IMG/VR virus record: IMGVR_UViG_3300020048_000077
Coordinates: 1 to 64,000 of that record
Strand: one strand, 5' to 3'
From: a virus
Lineage: Duplodnaviria; Caudoviricetes
Length of the DNA: 64,000 nucleotides
This document shows, one piece after another, positions 1 to 11,150 of the stretch. Every line of letters starts with the position of its first letter. Position 1 is the stretch's first letter. A program made the position numbers and the translations under genes. The notes under the pieces are model-generated. The model worked only from the letters and a program-made list of their open reading frames with translations. It was not told the origin of the DNA and ran no database searches.

Positions 1-1
1 A

Positions 2-3000
2 TGGGAGGCCAACGGTAGGATCAAATCCACCTTGGACAATTCCCACATCTATCTGAACGCTGAAGGAAAGATCACTTTCGATCCTTCAATGATGTCCAAA
101 TTCACTCAGGGATCTTCTACTGTACAGGCCTCATTGAAGGATATCAGAGCAAAGCTTGAAGGATCCTCATTGAGGTATAAGATCGATGCTCTTGCACACC
201 TGGGATTTGAGTTCTCAGACCCTGATAAGGTACTTGAAATGGTAGAGGACAGGGAAAGGGTGGATGATGAGCTGTTCTCTGATGCTATAACAGAAGCTGC
301 TATCTACTTGTACGAGGATATCATAAAAGGTAATTTGAAGACCTTCAATCCATTCGACAGAGAGGAGAGCATGTCTGTTACACGGTTCAACAGGCTTGCC
401 AAGATCGAACTACGAACTTTTGAGCAGAACGTTGAGTTTCAATCAGATGGCCCTGATGGTAAGGTGACCTACGGTATCACATTGAACACTTATATGAGTA
501 CCATAGCAAATACTGATATAGAAGACCTCGATCAATACTTTGATCCTGTAAAGAACCCCTATGTAGCCGGTTCTCTTACACTTGCAGCGTTGAGAAAGAG
601 CAGGAACAACAAGATCAAGGTGCACAACGTGGGAGGCCTTGGAGTTGAAGGCGCCTCTGTACGTGGAGAGAAGATGTCTAAACTCGGAGCCACTGATATT
701 GCGGCCGTACAGATCCACATTCTGATGAACGGACTGATGCCGATGATCAGAACTGCGGATCAGACTACTGAATTCGCACTTGAATTCCCCATAAAGTATC
801 CGAACAACCTGGATGCCGCCATGGAAACGATCTTCGATTACCTGAAGGATGAGATGATCTCTTCTTTCAAAGGAAGAGTGGACGGACAGCACATCAAGGA
901 CTATGCAGATAGAATTCAGAATCTGAGAATGTTCTCATACCTCAATGAAGAGGTGCCGGCAGTTAAGACATTCATGGCCAGCGAAGCATCTACTGAAGAT
1001 GTCGTCAAGTTCATAGATGAGAACAGAGATGCAATAGATGAAGCTATAAGAAAGCAGTTCAAAGCGGACATGATCGAGATCCAGAAGTATCTGGAGGAAT
1101 ACGGTCTTGTGGATGAAGTGAATGATAAGGACAAACGATTCCTACGTGGAATCTCACGAGAGCTTTTCAAATCAGCTGAAGGTTCAATGTCCGATACGGT
1201 TGATGAGCATAAGTTCCAAGGATTCCTTGAGCGTCTCGCAGTGAGACACTTCGTAGGAAAGACGGAGATCTTCAAATCAATACTCGGAGATCCTGCACTG
1301 TACAAGGCCCTCTACAAACGAACAAAGGGAGCTTCAGGTACCAAGAAAATCTTCATCGCTGATGAGCAATTGGATAACTGGCTCAATACCTACTCGATTC
1401 CTACAGAATCGGGAGAGAACCTTTCAATTGCAAGGGAACAGTTCGATGGAAAGGTATCTGATGGTACTGAGAAAATTGTAGTGATTCAGGAACCTACTAA
1501 GGTGGCCCAGTACATTGAAGAGTACAATAGAATGCTTGAAGAAGGCAAATGGAGTGCACGTACCGTAATTCCGTACATAGACCCTGCGGACATGGGAGAC
1601 GGCACCATGATCGTGTCTCTTCCTGCGTACAGGGAAATGGGAATACGCGCTCAGGAATGGTCTCCGGAACAGGAGATAGCATATCTGATGGAAATGTTCC
1701 CTGAGAAATATCCAAGAAAAGCTATTGAAGGAGGAGCTTTTCCACCGGCCAAGTTCCAGTATTTCGGCCAGAGACGTTCCTTTGGAACAGATATGTCTCC
1801 ACATACGTATCTCAAGATGTCTGTTGTTCCGATATATCCAAGCCTTGCAATGAAGGATGGAAAGGTGCACTTTCCAGAGATCATGGAGATGTACGGGTAC
1901 ATGATGGACAATTCCATGGGAGGCCTTGTACTTCCATCTGCAGTTAAGATCGGTGGACCTGCGGAAGGACAGCTTGAGGATGGGACGGATCTACGTGTTC
2001 CTGCCTATGTGAACACTCTCGATGCCAACGGAAAGAAGATACAATTGCTCCAACTTCCAAAGACAGCTCCTCAACAGGTATCAATACTTGATCTGGATTA
2101 CAGATTCATGGGATCACAGCTTGATGTGAGTTCCAAGTTCAAAGGAAAGGCTCCTATAGCCACCCAGGCCCGGGTACAGGTACTTGCAGACCTTTACGCA
2201 GGAGGAACATTGAGGTTCCCAGAACTGGAAGGTGATATTGAAGTGTACCATGAGGCATACAATACACTGATGAAGCGTGAATTCAAATCACTGCTGGACA
2301 CTTTCGGACTTGAAGTGAGTTCCAAGGAAGGTGAGGAAATGAACTTCAAATTGAAGGAAGGTGGAAATTACAAGGCCTTCCTTGATGCCATTGAAAAAGA
2401 AGCAGTTGCAAGAGAGCTTCCAAAGGCTCTTCTTGATTCGATCGATTACATGCGGACAAGAGATGCTGAGAACCATCCTGTCCTCTTCGATATGATCGTG
2501 AATAAGGGACGTATGGAAGGAGTTCTATGGTCGCTGGCAGGTAAGCGTGTGATCAAGCAGAAGTTCAAGGGCGACCAGTATGTGCAGATGAGTTCCATCG
2601 GATTCGGAGTACGTGCACAGGAAGGTACAGGAAATGTGATCGAGGACAGACTTGGATTCTACACGAATGAGAAGGGGAACTTCGAAATGGAGGTATATCT
2701 GCCGCATCATTTCAAGGAACTCATAGGTACTGACGTATCCATAAACAAGAAGGGTCAGATCGTAGACAGTGAGAACAAGGTCATAGGTGAAAAAGGACTT
2801 CTCGATCTTATTGGCATACGTATTCCTACGGACGGACCCCACTCAGTGGAGGTAATAAGAGTGAAAGGATTCCTACCTCTTAAGGCCGGACCTACAGTTG
2901 TTGTTCCCTCAGAGCTTATTACCAAAGCAGGATCGGATTTTGACATCGACAAATTGGTACTGTATTTCCCCTCATACAAAATGAAGGGAGGAAAGCTGGT

Positions 3001-5332
3001 GCGTGAAGAAATGGAGATGAGCATGCAGGCCTGGTTTGAGGAAAGAAAAAGAGTTGCGACTGAAAAGTATCTGGCGATACGTGAGATCATAGGTGCAGAC
3101 AAGAAGGAGGAGACGGATGCAATGCTTGACAGACTCATGGCGAACATTTTTGGAACAGAGATGCTTTCAGAACTTGCAGAGGAGTCTGAGATCGATCTGT
3201 CAAACCTTGTAGAGGCCAAACAGATCACTCCTGAGCAGGCAGAGAAGATATATACACGGGCAATTGATACCTACAACAGATTCAATGTGGACTTCGAACA
3301 GTGGCAGAGATCCAATCCTGACACATCGATCTATACAGTAGCTTCAAAAGGAGCGCTTCAGAACAAGGTGATGGAGAGCATGAAGAAGTTCCTCACCTAT
3401 GAGTCTCAGAAGGATTCATTCATGCGACCTGTATCAACAGATGACATGAACGATCTATCAGATCGTATACTTTCACTGTACAAGGACAATTCAAACGGAT
3501 CTCTGAAGGATCTGAGTTCTGTAAGTGATTACCATACTGAAACATCTATGCCACACATGCTGCGTGCAACAGAGGCCTTCTGGAAAGGTAAGGCACTTGT
3601 AGGTATAGCTGCACTTGCATCCACTCACCATGTGAAAAGTCAGATCGCAGGACTTGAAATGGTACTGGAGAACAATGAGAATGAAAAATCAAAGTTCAGA
3701 ACGGTGGACAATAGGAATCTGAACTTCGGAATACGTATGCAGGGATTTGATCCTGAGGCATACACACTTGACCTTGGAAGAGAATGGGATGTAAGATCAG
3801 ATAGAAAAGTGACGGATGTCATTTCTCAGATCGTGAACGCATCAGTTGACGTTGTGAACAATCCTATCCTGCACATACTGAATCTGAGCCCGGACAATGC
3901 CCCTGCCTGGCTTATTCTTGTACGGGCCGGAGTACCTTTGAATACGACCGGATTCTTTATGAATCAGCCTGTGGTCAAGGACTACATGAAGGCCATGGAG
4001 ATAAACAGGTCACGTGTGTTCAGAGGACTGCAGGAATCAGAACTTCCAGAGAAGGCTCTAAAGGATGTTCAGAAGAAATATGGAACTACAAGATCCGAGA
4101 ATGTGGAACTGTTCTCAGAGGAGCAGTTGGAAGGTATGGTTGGACGTGAGGCCGGACAATTGTCAGACCTTGAGAAGTCATATCAATTGCAGATCCTGGA
4201 TGACTTCATGACCTATTCTGAGATGGGAGATCTTCTTGGAAATGCTGTGCAGGCACAGTCCTTTGATACGAAGATCCCTAAGAACAGGCATCATTTGAAA
4301 GCGATTCAGGTCAAGTACAACAGACTTGTGGAATCCGGTATATTGAAGAATGTGCAAAGCATCACTGAAGGAAACACCTTCATGCGGGAGATGACAGCAT
4401 ACAACTTCAACATGAGTAACATGTTCAGGGATCTGTTCCTTACAGAGCAGGCAGGTGCCGTATATGACAGGATGTATGACAGGATGGTGTCCATGTATAC
4501 CGATCAAAGGGTAAGGATGTCAAATGAGGATGTTGCAAAGGTTCTTTCCAAGTTCGAAGAGGACTTCGTAACGTTCCTTCTGCAGACCATGGCGGATTCC
4601 TCAGGCGCCACTATGGGGAATAAGATCGAGGCAATGATGTTCGGAGAGAACTCCATGGCCATGAGGCTTGCTCGTATCCAACAGGATCCATCACATCCGT
4701 TGCATTCCAATACGTTCATTCAATCTCTTGTACCTGTAATGAGTACGAACAGGACCGGTGCAGATAGAACGAATGACTACATTCTACCTGTAAGTAGGAC
4801 CATGACCACATTCGAGTACAATACGATCTTTGATGGATTCAGAGAGATCGAGGAACAGGCTCCTAACATAGCCAAGGATCTTGTACATACAGCATTCTTT
4901 CAAGCTGGTACAGGGCAGTCCCCATACTCATTCCTTGAGACAATTCCTGGAAGCTCATTCATGAGACTTGGGGAGCAGATCCTCGGATCCTTCCTGAAGA
5001 ATCCTGCGGAGATAGATGTGCAGAAGTTCTACACTCTCTTCTTCCAGAACAATCTGGACAACACTTTGATCGTACCCAAGGGAACGAAGAAGACAAATGC
5101 CATATTCCCGGTCACCTTCAAATACAAGGGAGGAAAGGTGTTCAAAGTGAACAAGGCACTTGATGGTGAACTGGCCCTGTCATCATCTGTTGCACAGGTA
5201 GGCATCAATAGAAAAGGATCGGTAACTTTGAAGAATTACACGAGCCGATACTTTATTCCAAAAAATCAGGTATCCACAGATCTTTCCATAGAGGAGATCG
5301 ATTCTGAGGATACTGAACAGGACAGATGCTGA
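2..5332 (+). CDS. Virion RNA polymerase, crAss-like (5'-truncated; catalytic beta'-like part)
   Basis: GSDFDIDKL motif (GAT TTT GAC ATC GAC at 2936-2950) preceded by GIRIPT. DFDID is the crAss-type variant of the DxDGD catalytic loop. The frame is open from base 2, so the TTG at 32 is not the real start. Confidence 0.93.
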   Translation, partial: WEANGRIKSTLDNSHIYLNAEGKITFDPSMMSKFTQGSSTVQASLKDIRAKLEGSSLRYKIDALAHLGFEFSDPDKVLEMVEDRERVDDELFSDAITEAAIYLYEDIIKGNLKTFNPFDREESMSVTRFNRLAKIELRTFEQNVEFQSDGPDGKVTYGITLNTYMSTIANTDIEDLDQYFDPVKNPYVAGSLTLAALRKSRNNKIKVHNVGGLGVEGASVRGEKMSKLGATDIAAVQIHILMNGLMPMIRTADQTTEFALEFPIKYPNNLDAAMETIFDYLKDEMISSFKGRVDGQHIKDYADRIQNLRMFSYLNEEVPAVKTFMASEASTEDVVKFIDENRDAIDEAIRKQFKADMIEIQKYLEEYGLVDEVNDKDKRFLRGISRELFKSAEGSMSDTVDEHKFQGFLERLAVRHFVGKTEIFKSILGDPALYKALYKRTKGASGTKKIFIADEQLDNWLNTYSIPTESGENLSIAREQFDGKVSDGTEKIVVIQEPTKVAQYIEEYNRMLEEGKWSARTVIPYIDPADMGDGTMIVSLPAYREMGIRAQEWSPEQEIAYLMEMFPEKYPRKAIEGGAFPPAKFQYFGQRRSFGTDMSPHTYLKMSVVPIYPSLAMKDGKVHFPEIMEMYGYMMDNSMGGLVLPSAVKIGGPAEGQLEDGTDLRVPAYVNTLDANGKKIQLLQLPKTAPQQVSILDLDYRFMGSQLDVSSKFKGKAPIATQARVQVLADLYAGGTLRFPELEGDIEVYHEAYNTLMKREFKSLLDTFGLEVSSKEGEEMNFKLKEGGNYKAFLDAIEKEAVARELPKALLDSIDYMRTRDAENHPVLFDMIVNKGRMEGVLWSLAGKRVIKQKFKGDQYVQMSSIGFGVRAQEGTGNVIEDRLGFYTNEKGNFEMEVYLPHHFKELIGTDVSINKKGQIVDSENKVIGEKGLLDLIGIRIPTDGPHSVEVIRVKGFLPLKAGPTVVVPSELITKAGSDFDIDKLVLYFPSYKMKGGKLVREEMEMSMQAWFEERKRVATEKYLAIREIIGADKKEETDAMLDRLMANIFGTEMLSELAEESEIDLSNLVEAKQITPEQAEKIYTRAIDTYNRFNVDFEQWQRSNPDTSIYTVASKGALQNKVMESMKKFLTYESQKDSFMRPVSTDDMNDLSDRILSLYKDNSNGSLKDLSSVSDYHTETSMPHMLRATEAFWKGKALVGIAALASTHHVKSQIAGLEMVLENNENEKSKFRTVDNRNLNFGIRMQGFDPEAYTLDLGREWDVRSDRKVTDVISQIVNASVDVVNNPILHILNLSPDNAPAWLILVRAGVPLNTTGFFMNQPVVKDYMKAMEINRSRVFRGLQESELPEKALKDVQKKYGTTRSENVELFSEEQLEGMVGREAGQLSDLEKSYQLQILDDFMTYSEMGDLLGNAVQAQSFDTKIPKNRHHLKAIQVKYNRLVESGILKNVQSITEGNTFMREMTAYNFNMSNMFRDLFLTEQAGAVYDRMYDRMVSMYTDQRVRMSNEDVAKVLSKFEEDFVTFLLQTMADSSGATMGNKIEAMMFGENSMAMRLARIQQDPSHPLHSNTFIQSLVPVMSTNRTGADRTNDYILPVSRTMTTFEYNTIFDGFREIEEQAPNIAKDLVHTAFFQAGTGQSPYSFLETIPGSSFMRLGEQILGSFLKNPAEIDVQKFYTLFFQNNLDNTLIVPKGTKKTNAIFPVTFKYKGGKVFKVNKALDGELALSSSVAQVGINRKGSVTLKNYTSRYFIPKNQVSTDLSIEEIDSEDTEQDRC

Positions 5333-5336
5333 TACC

Positions 5337-8300
5337 ATGAAATGTAACATAAGATCTGCTGCAAAAGCACACATCGTAGAAAAGAAACTGGCTGCAACCG
5401 ATCCTTTCAATGGATTGCTGTATCTTATTGATTCAGAGTCAAATATGATGTCTGAACTTCAACGGATGCGTAACAGGTATGCGTTCCGATATGGTATGGA
5501 GCCATCAGATCTTCCAGGCCTTCCATTCATAGTACGAGAACCTTCTCAGGCCCGGGATATGAGAAACCCTTCCAGAATATCAGGAAAGCAATGGGTGACT
5601 GAGAATGGAGCATTCTTTGACCTTGTACAGAAGAGGGAGGATCAAAGAGAGAGTGAACCTGAATCCAAATCTGCACAGGTGGATCTTGCCAAAGATGAAC
5701 TCATCTCCTCAATGAAGAGCTTTGCTGAGGACCTTGGAATCTCTATAGAGAAAGTATTAGAGCTTAGAGGGCACAACGATGAAGTACTTGCGGGAGAAGC
5801 GCTTACAGACTTTGTGAACAGCTCCATTCAGTACCTTCAAGGCAAGGACAAATATATTCCGGAAGAACTCACACACTTCTGGACCATGGTTCTCAAGGAG
5901 ACCAAAGATCCGCTCTACACGTCAATGTACGAACGCATCTCGGAACAGCCTGAGTATGCACAGGTTGTGGAAGAGTATGGTGAAGTAGAAGGATATACTG
6001 AAGATCGATTGAAGGATGAGGCGATTGCTCATGTCATGCTTAATAGGATGAAAGATGAGAAGCTTCAGGACAGGAACACACGCTGGTGGAACAGAGCATT
6101 GTTGAAACTCAAGCAGATCTTCGAATTTGATCCCTATACAAAGGCATCTTATAGGTTGTTCACAGACAATCTGAAGAAGTACAGGACAGTTGTATCTGAA
6201 GCCTCAGATCCATTCATGTTCAGGGCCATAGGAGATTCAAGTAGGAATGCTATCAGAGACAAGATCGTAAAGGAACATGGAAACTTGAAGCTCGTAGAGT
6301 TCAAACGTGAGTTCCTTGAAGGTAAGGTGCAGAATCTGGACATACTTGAGAACACGGAAGGTATCATTGCAAGGTACGTACATGTTGACAACCCTGATGT
6401 TCCTATAGAATTCAGAGCAACAGATAATTCAACTATTGAATTCGTACGATCCCTTGGAGGAGTGGAGAAGATGCAGAAGCTTAGAGCTTCGAAACGTGTG
6501 AAGATGGCCAGTGAGACCGGTTCAACTCTTCACACTGTAGGGCAGACCCTGCTACAGAAGCTTGGAAATGGAAATTCAAGGATCGATGTGATAGACCTTC
6601 ATGGAATAGACACTTCGAAGTCCTATGAGGCCTATGCAGCTGATTCCCCATTGACACTCCCGATGTACAACGAGTTCAAGAAGGAAATGTCAGACCTTCT
6701 ATCCTATGTTGTATCAGTACAGGATGAGATCGATGCTGAGAGAAATGACGGTGTCAAGAGTAAAGTGGAGCTTTTGACGGAAGTACGGGTATCCGACAAA
6801 AAAACGAAGACCGCAGGTACTATAGACATCATGTTCGTATTCTCCGATGGATCCGTAGGTGTATACGATTTCAAGTTCATAAGTCCTAAGGACAGTGATC
6901 TTGTAAAGAAAGTGGGAAGTAACAAGCAGATCATATCCAATCCGTTCATAGGATCAAGAATGCCGAGCTTTGAATCTCAACTCTCATTCTACGCCAAAGC
7001 TCTACGCCAGGAATACGGTGTGAGAAATGTAAGGCTTACACGTATCATCCCGGGTCACATCGATTTCAAATGGGACAAGGGTGAACCTGTAGGAGTGAAC
7101 GTATTCAACATGGGAAGTGATAGCAATGCCTTTCTTGCTCACATTCCTGTGGCACACGAACTCACGGATCTGAATGAGGTGAACATCAAGCTGCAGAGCA
7201 TGTATGATCGATTGATCGAACTCAAGAGCAAGCAACAGAATGCGAAGATCCTGAAGGAGACTGAGATGATCAATAAGGCCATATCAGCGATCCTGTTGAA
7301 CACTGACCTTACAAACCTACTTGAGAGCATTGAAAGCAGTATAAAGCTGATCAATAAGGGACTTGCAATAACTGATCCGGAACATGCGGATTTCATTGAG
7401 TATGATGATCTGTTCCACCACCTACAGGTGATGCTTCTTTTCAAGGATCTTGAAAGTACTACCTTGAAGAATCTTCTGAAACTGGCCAAGACCGATCCTA
7501 AGAAGGCGGAAGTGGCTAAGAAGAATCTGGATGCAATGTCAACCATGGTGAACCTTGTGATCACATCGCTTACAGACAAGCTCAAAAGCATAGCACAGCA
7601 GGAGAGTGGATATTCTCTGATGGCAGCAGCTCCAAGTCCCGGGTTCCTGGATAAGTTCATTCCTATGGATGAGATAGACAATCCTATCTTCAAGGAGGTA
7701 AAGGATCTGATGAACATGGCCAATTCCAACTGGAGGAAGAAACTGGAGGAGACATCTCAGAAGTGGGAGACTCTTGATACGGCACTCATGGAATGGGCTC
7801 GTACAAACGGAAAGAGTCCTAATGATGCTTACAACATGTTCATAAAAGATGATGGCAAGAAATTGAGACTCATACAGATGTACAGTCCGGATTTCTGGAA
7901 GGAGATCGAGGCCCGTACAGGCACTGAAGAGGAAAATAAGGATGAGATCCTTAAAAACATACTGTGGATGAAGGAGAACTTCCAGATAAAGGAAGGGGTA
8001 CGTGAAGAATACGATGAGAACAAGAAACACGCTGTTGCACGATTGAAACTACGTTTCAGTGACAACGAGGAAGCTTACAAAGCATCTGTTACGAACTGGG
8101 TCAAGAAGAACAACGTGTGGGGTGAGAATTCCGCTTGGGTATCTGATCGGTACTGGCAATACCTTGAACTGAAACCTGAGAAGGCAAAGGAGAAATGGAG
8201 CAGCGAATACGCCACATTCAATCAGGTAGGAAATGAAGCTCTCTTGAACTACTACACAGGTTGGAGAACACAGATAAAGGAGTTCAATAAGCTTCTTGAT

Positions 8301-10229
8301 AACGTACATCTGAGCCCTGATATGATCGGAAGTGTACGATCAGGTATCGTGGAGAACTTCATCAATGGGAACAGAGGACTGGATCCTATAATGGAGATAC
8401 TTTACGAGCAGTTTGAAGTGATGTCCGAGGAAGATGACACCTCGGGAGGGAATCCGACAAAAAAGGTTCCTTTGCCGTTCGTGAATCCTTTACGGAACAA
8501 GCAAGGGGAGTATGATTCAAGCCTTACGTCACGGAACCTGACACGTTCCATGTATCTGCTCGCAGGAAGCATCTACAATTACAGTGAAAAGTCAGAGATA
8601 GAATCCAGGGTATTGTTCCTGAGACATGCTCTTACAACTCCGGAACTTGCAGGAAGGGAACGTGTAAAGGATAGGAAGTCAGGTCAGATCAATACTGTTG
8701 ACATATCTCCTGATACGATCTCATTGTTCGATGCCCTTATGAACCATGGTATGTACGGACACTCCTACTCCGAGAAGGACTTCGAGGTATTCGGACACAG
8801 TGGTCAGAAGATGATATCCGCACTACGAAAGTATTACACCTTCAGTAAGCTGTCCTTTCCTATAAGGATCGCAATACCTACAGCGATAGCTGCAGGCATC
8901 TTCACCCGAGTATCCGGAATGGGAGGTGTACAATACAACAACGATCACCTATACGAAGCTGAGAAGCTGTGGGCGAACGATCATGAAAGATACATGGCAA
9001 TTGCTGAGTTCTTTCAGGTATATGCTGAAGGAAACAACAGTCTTAAGGCCCGTAGAATGTACGGGAACAAGGCATCTGTCATACTTGATAGTTCCAATCT
9101 TATGGAACCGTTGGGAATGGCAGATAGAATGATCCATCGTAAGATCGCTGTGGCCATGGCATACAATCATGGTCTTGATAAGGATGGAAACATAAAGCGT
9201 ATGTCACAGCTTCCAGAAGGCTCAAAGAATCTCATTGACTCTTTGGAGGTAAAAGATGGAAAGGTGGCGTCAGAAATAAGTAACGTTGCCTTCAACGACT
9301 TCCGTCACCGATCAAAGAAGATGGCCAAGGATATCGTTGGTGAATCCAATGAGGAGAATCCAATAGCTGTGAACACAACAGTTGCAGGTAGACTTCTAAT
9401 GGTCTTCAAATCATGGTTGCCTGGAGCAACATCTGTAAGATGGGGAGCCCGCAGGTATGATACGATCCTCGATGAGGTAAGGGAAGGAAGATTCATGGGA
9501 ATGATCCGTTCCATGGGCCTTAAAGGCTCATTAGATGCCATGGAGGAGAAGAACTGGTGGGAATTCACCACACTTTCATTGAAAATGATCGGAAGCGCTA
9601 TGACCCATTTTACAATGCTTCAGAACTACAGGATATCAAAAGCATCCATGGACAAACTTGAGGCCAAAGGAAAGCTTACACCTGAAAGAAAGGCTGATTT
9701 CGAACGTAGAAGGGCAGCTGTGGAAGCTGAATACAACGATTTCATCAACGGTCATTACGACAAGGACAGGATCAAAGAGAAGATCAATGTCGAGGATTAC
9801 ATCACAATGCGGGAAAATTCACACCGTAGAACAATGGCAGAGGCACGTACGAATCTCGTACTGGTACTTCTGGCCATGCTATTCGGAATGAAAGGTGATG
9901 ATGACAAACGTCTGTACACTAAGAACTATGCTACAAGAAGATTGATGGACATATTCTCCAAGATCATACTTGAGACCACGTTCTTCATGAATCCTCTGGA
10001 GGCCGCAAAGCTCAACCGGTCCGCAATTCCACTCATAGGACTTGTGACAGATGCTCAAAAGCTTGTCCTGAGTGTACTTGAGGCAAGCGGAGAGACCATG
10101 GGAGTCCTGAAAGAGGATCCTAAGAACGATGATGAAGCATTCTATCGTGCTGCCACCTTCGTACCCGGAGGAACACAGCTTCGAAAAGTATTCGAAATTG
10201 CTCCTCAGGATAAGAAGGTAAACTTCTAA
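5337..10229 (+). CDS. Large virion cargo/ejection protein with zincin-like and PD-(D/E)xK nuclease-like motifs
   Basis: 1630 aa directly after the vRNAP. EELTHF...DEAIAH is zincin-like and AGTIDIMFVFSDGSVGVYDFKF is PD-(D/E)xK-like. Confidence 0.7.
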   Translation: MKCNIRSAAKAHIVEKKLAATDPFNGLLYLIDSESNMMSELQRMRNRYAFRYGMEPSDLPGLPFIVREPSQARDMRNPSRISGKQWVTENGAFFDLVQKREDQRESEPESKSAQVDLAKDELISSMKSFAEDLGISIEKVLELRGHNDEVLAGEALTDFVNSSIQYLQGKDKYIPEELTHFWTMVLKETKDPLYTSMYERISEQPEYAQVVEEYGEVEGYTEDRLKDEAIAHVMLNRMKDEKLQDRNTRWWNRALLKLKQIFEFDPYTKASYRLFTDNLKKYRTVVSEASDPFMFRAIGDSSRNAIRDKIVKEHGNLKLVEFKREFLEGKVQNLDILENTEGIIARYVHVDNPDVPIEFRATDNSTIEFVRSLGGVEKMQKLRASKRVKMASETGSTLHTVGQTLLQKLGNGNSRIDVIDLHGIDTSKSYEAYAADSPLTLPMYNEFKKEMSDLLSYVVSVQDEIDAERNDGVKSKVELLTEVRVSDKKTKTAGTIDIMFVFSDGSVGVYDFKFISPKDSDLVKKVGSNKQIISNPFIGSRMPSFESQLSFYAKALRQEYGVRNVRLTRIIPGHIDFKWDKGEPVGVNVFNMGSDSNAFLAHIPVAHELTDLNEVNIKLQSMYDRLIELKSKQQNAKILKETEMINKAISAILLNTDLTNLLESIESSIKLINKGLAITDPEHADFIEYDDLFHHLQVMLLFKDLESTTLKNLLKLAKTDPKKAEVAKKNLDAMSTMVNLVITSLTDKLKSIAQQESGYSLMAAAPSPGFLDKFIPMDEIDNPIFKEVKDLMNMANSNWRKKLEETSQKWETLDTALMEWARTNGKSPNDAYNMFIKDDGKKLRLIQMYSPDFWKEIEARTGTEEENKDEILKNILWMKENFQIKEGVREEYDENKKHAVARLKLRFSDNEEAYKASVTNWVKKNNVWGENSAWVSDRYWQYLELKPEKAKEKWSSEYATFNQVGNEALLNYYTGWRTQIKEFNKLLDNVHLSPDMIGSVRSGIVENFINGNRGLDPIMEILYEQFEVMSEEDDTSGGNPTKKVPLPFVNPLRNKQGEYDSSLTSRNLTRSMYLLAGSIYNYSEKSEIESRVLFLRHALTTPELAGRERVKDRKSGQINTVDISPDTISLFDALMNHGMYGHSYSEKDFEVFGHSGQKMISALRKYYTFSKLSFPIRIAIPTAIAAGIFTRVSGMGGVQYNNDHLYEAEKLWANDHERYMAIAEFFQVYAEGNNSLKARRMYGNKASVILDSSNLMEPLGMADRMIHRKIAVAMAYNHGLDKDGNIKRMSQLPEGSKNLIDSLEVKDGKVASEISNVAFNDFRHRSKKMAKDIVGESNEENPIAVNTTVAGRLLMVFKSWLPGATSVRWGARRYDTILDEVREGRFMGMIRSMGLKGSLDAMEEKNWWEFTTLSLKMIGSAMTHFTMLQNYRISKASMDKLEAKGKLTPERKADFERRRAAVEAEYNDFINGHYDKDRIKEKINVEDYITMRENSHRRTMAEARTNLVLVLLAMLFGMKGDDDKRLYTKNYATRRLMDIFSKIILETTFFMNPLEAAKLNRSAIPLIGLVTDAQKLVLSVLEASGETMGVLKEDPKNDDEAFYRAATFVPGGTQLRKVFEIAPQDKKVNF

Positions 10230-10576
10230 GCATCAAAAATATACTCTCCAGATACCCAACGGAATAAAGTGCCCCTCGAAATTCCAGGATGCATGACATG
10301 AGGTGTTCTTTGAAAATGCCTGAATACTTCTTTTATCTTATCCGGGACATTTGCTGCAACACATTTGTATACAGGTACAGTACTTGATATGAGTTTTACA
10401 CCTCTGCACGTATATTGATAATCTGGAAACTTCTTGTACTTGCCAAAAAACTTGAACTGAAGTAAATGCAGATTTTTTTCATTACCACCTACAACCATGC
10501 AGATTCTGCATGTATCATATATAGGTCTCACAACAAAATCTCCAATCATCAGTGGGGTTCCAATAGAATCTGTCAT
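10226..10576 (-). CDS. Hypothetical protein
   Basis: Start moved to MTDSIGTPLMIGDFV, which gives an ATGA overlap with the upstream gene's stop. Confidence 0.6.
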   Translation of the reverse strand: MTDSIGTPLMIGDFVVRPIYDTCRICMVVGGNEKNLHLLQFKFFGKYKKFPDYQYTCRGVKLISSTVPVYKCVAANVPDKIKEVFRHFQRTPHVMHPGISRGTLFRWVSGEYIFDA

Positions 10577-10932
10577 AGGAACAGAGATGTAGCGATCACA
10601 GCTATCAAAGCTCCGGAAATAGCCGAAATGCCTGATATGATGATCACATCGATGTTTGAGAATCCTGGCTTCACAGGAGTGGGACATGGAGATACTGAGA
10701 ACAGCTCAGGAACTCTTGCATTCATCACCTTGTCCATGTGATGCTTTCTCAATGCAGGGGGAAGCTTGATAAATGCCTCTGCACAATAACTTCTCTGCGC
10801 TTTTAGAAGAAGTTCAAGGTTTGATTTGATCACAGAAGGATCATTGGGAATAGTGGTACTCATTTTAAAGAAAGTGTTTGAGGGTGAATAAAGAAAGAAC
10901 TCCAACGCCTTGCTGGAGGTAATAGGTATCAA
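10573..10932 (-). CDS. Hypothetical protein
   Basis: 119-aa ORF in a chain of ATGA-coupled genes. Confidence 0.6.
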   Translation of the reverse strand: MIPITSSKALEFFLYSPSNTFFKMSTTIPNDPSVIKSNLELLLKAQRSYCAEAFIKLPPALRKHHMDKVMNARVPELFSVSPCPTPVKPGFSNIDVIIISGISAISGALIAVIATSLFL

Positions 10933-11150
10933 TTATAATGTTCCAACACCTCTTCCTCAAATTCAAGAAGAAGGCCGAAGTTGGATATCAAAGATGTCAC
11001 ATCGACACCCTTGTATTCTATGGATGTTATTTCCACAGAATTAGGAGTTCCTGGATAACCAAGACCGTTTTTATCATACGCTTTTTGAGGTTCCCCACGC
11101 ATGAAGTCGTATTCAACTATGAAAGTTTCATCGTGTAGTGTCAATGTCAT
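10929..11150 (-). CDS. Hypothetical acidic protein
   Basis: ATGA overlap with the upstream stop at 11147-11150. Confidence 0.65.
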   Translation of the reverse strand: MTLTLHDETFIVEYDFMRGEPQKAYDKNGLGYPGTPNSVEITSIEYKGVDVTSLISNFGLLLEFEEEVLEHYN

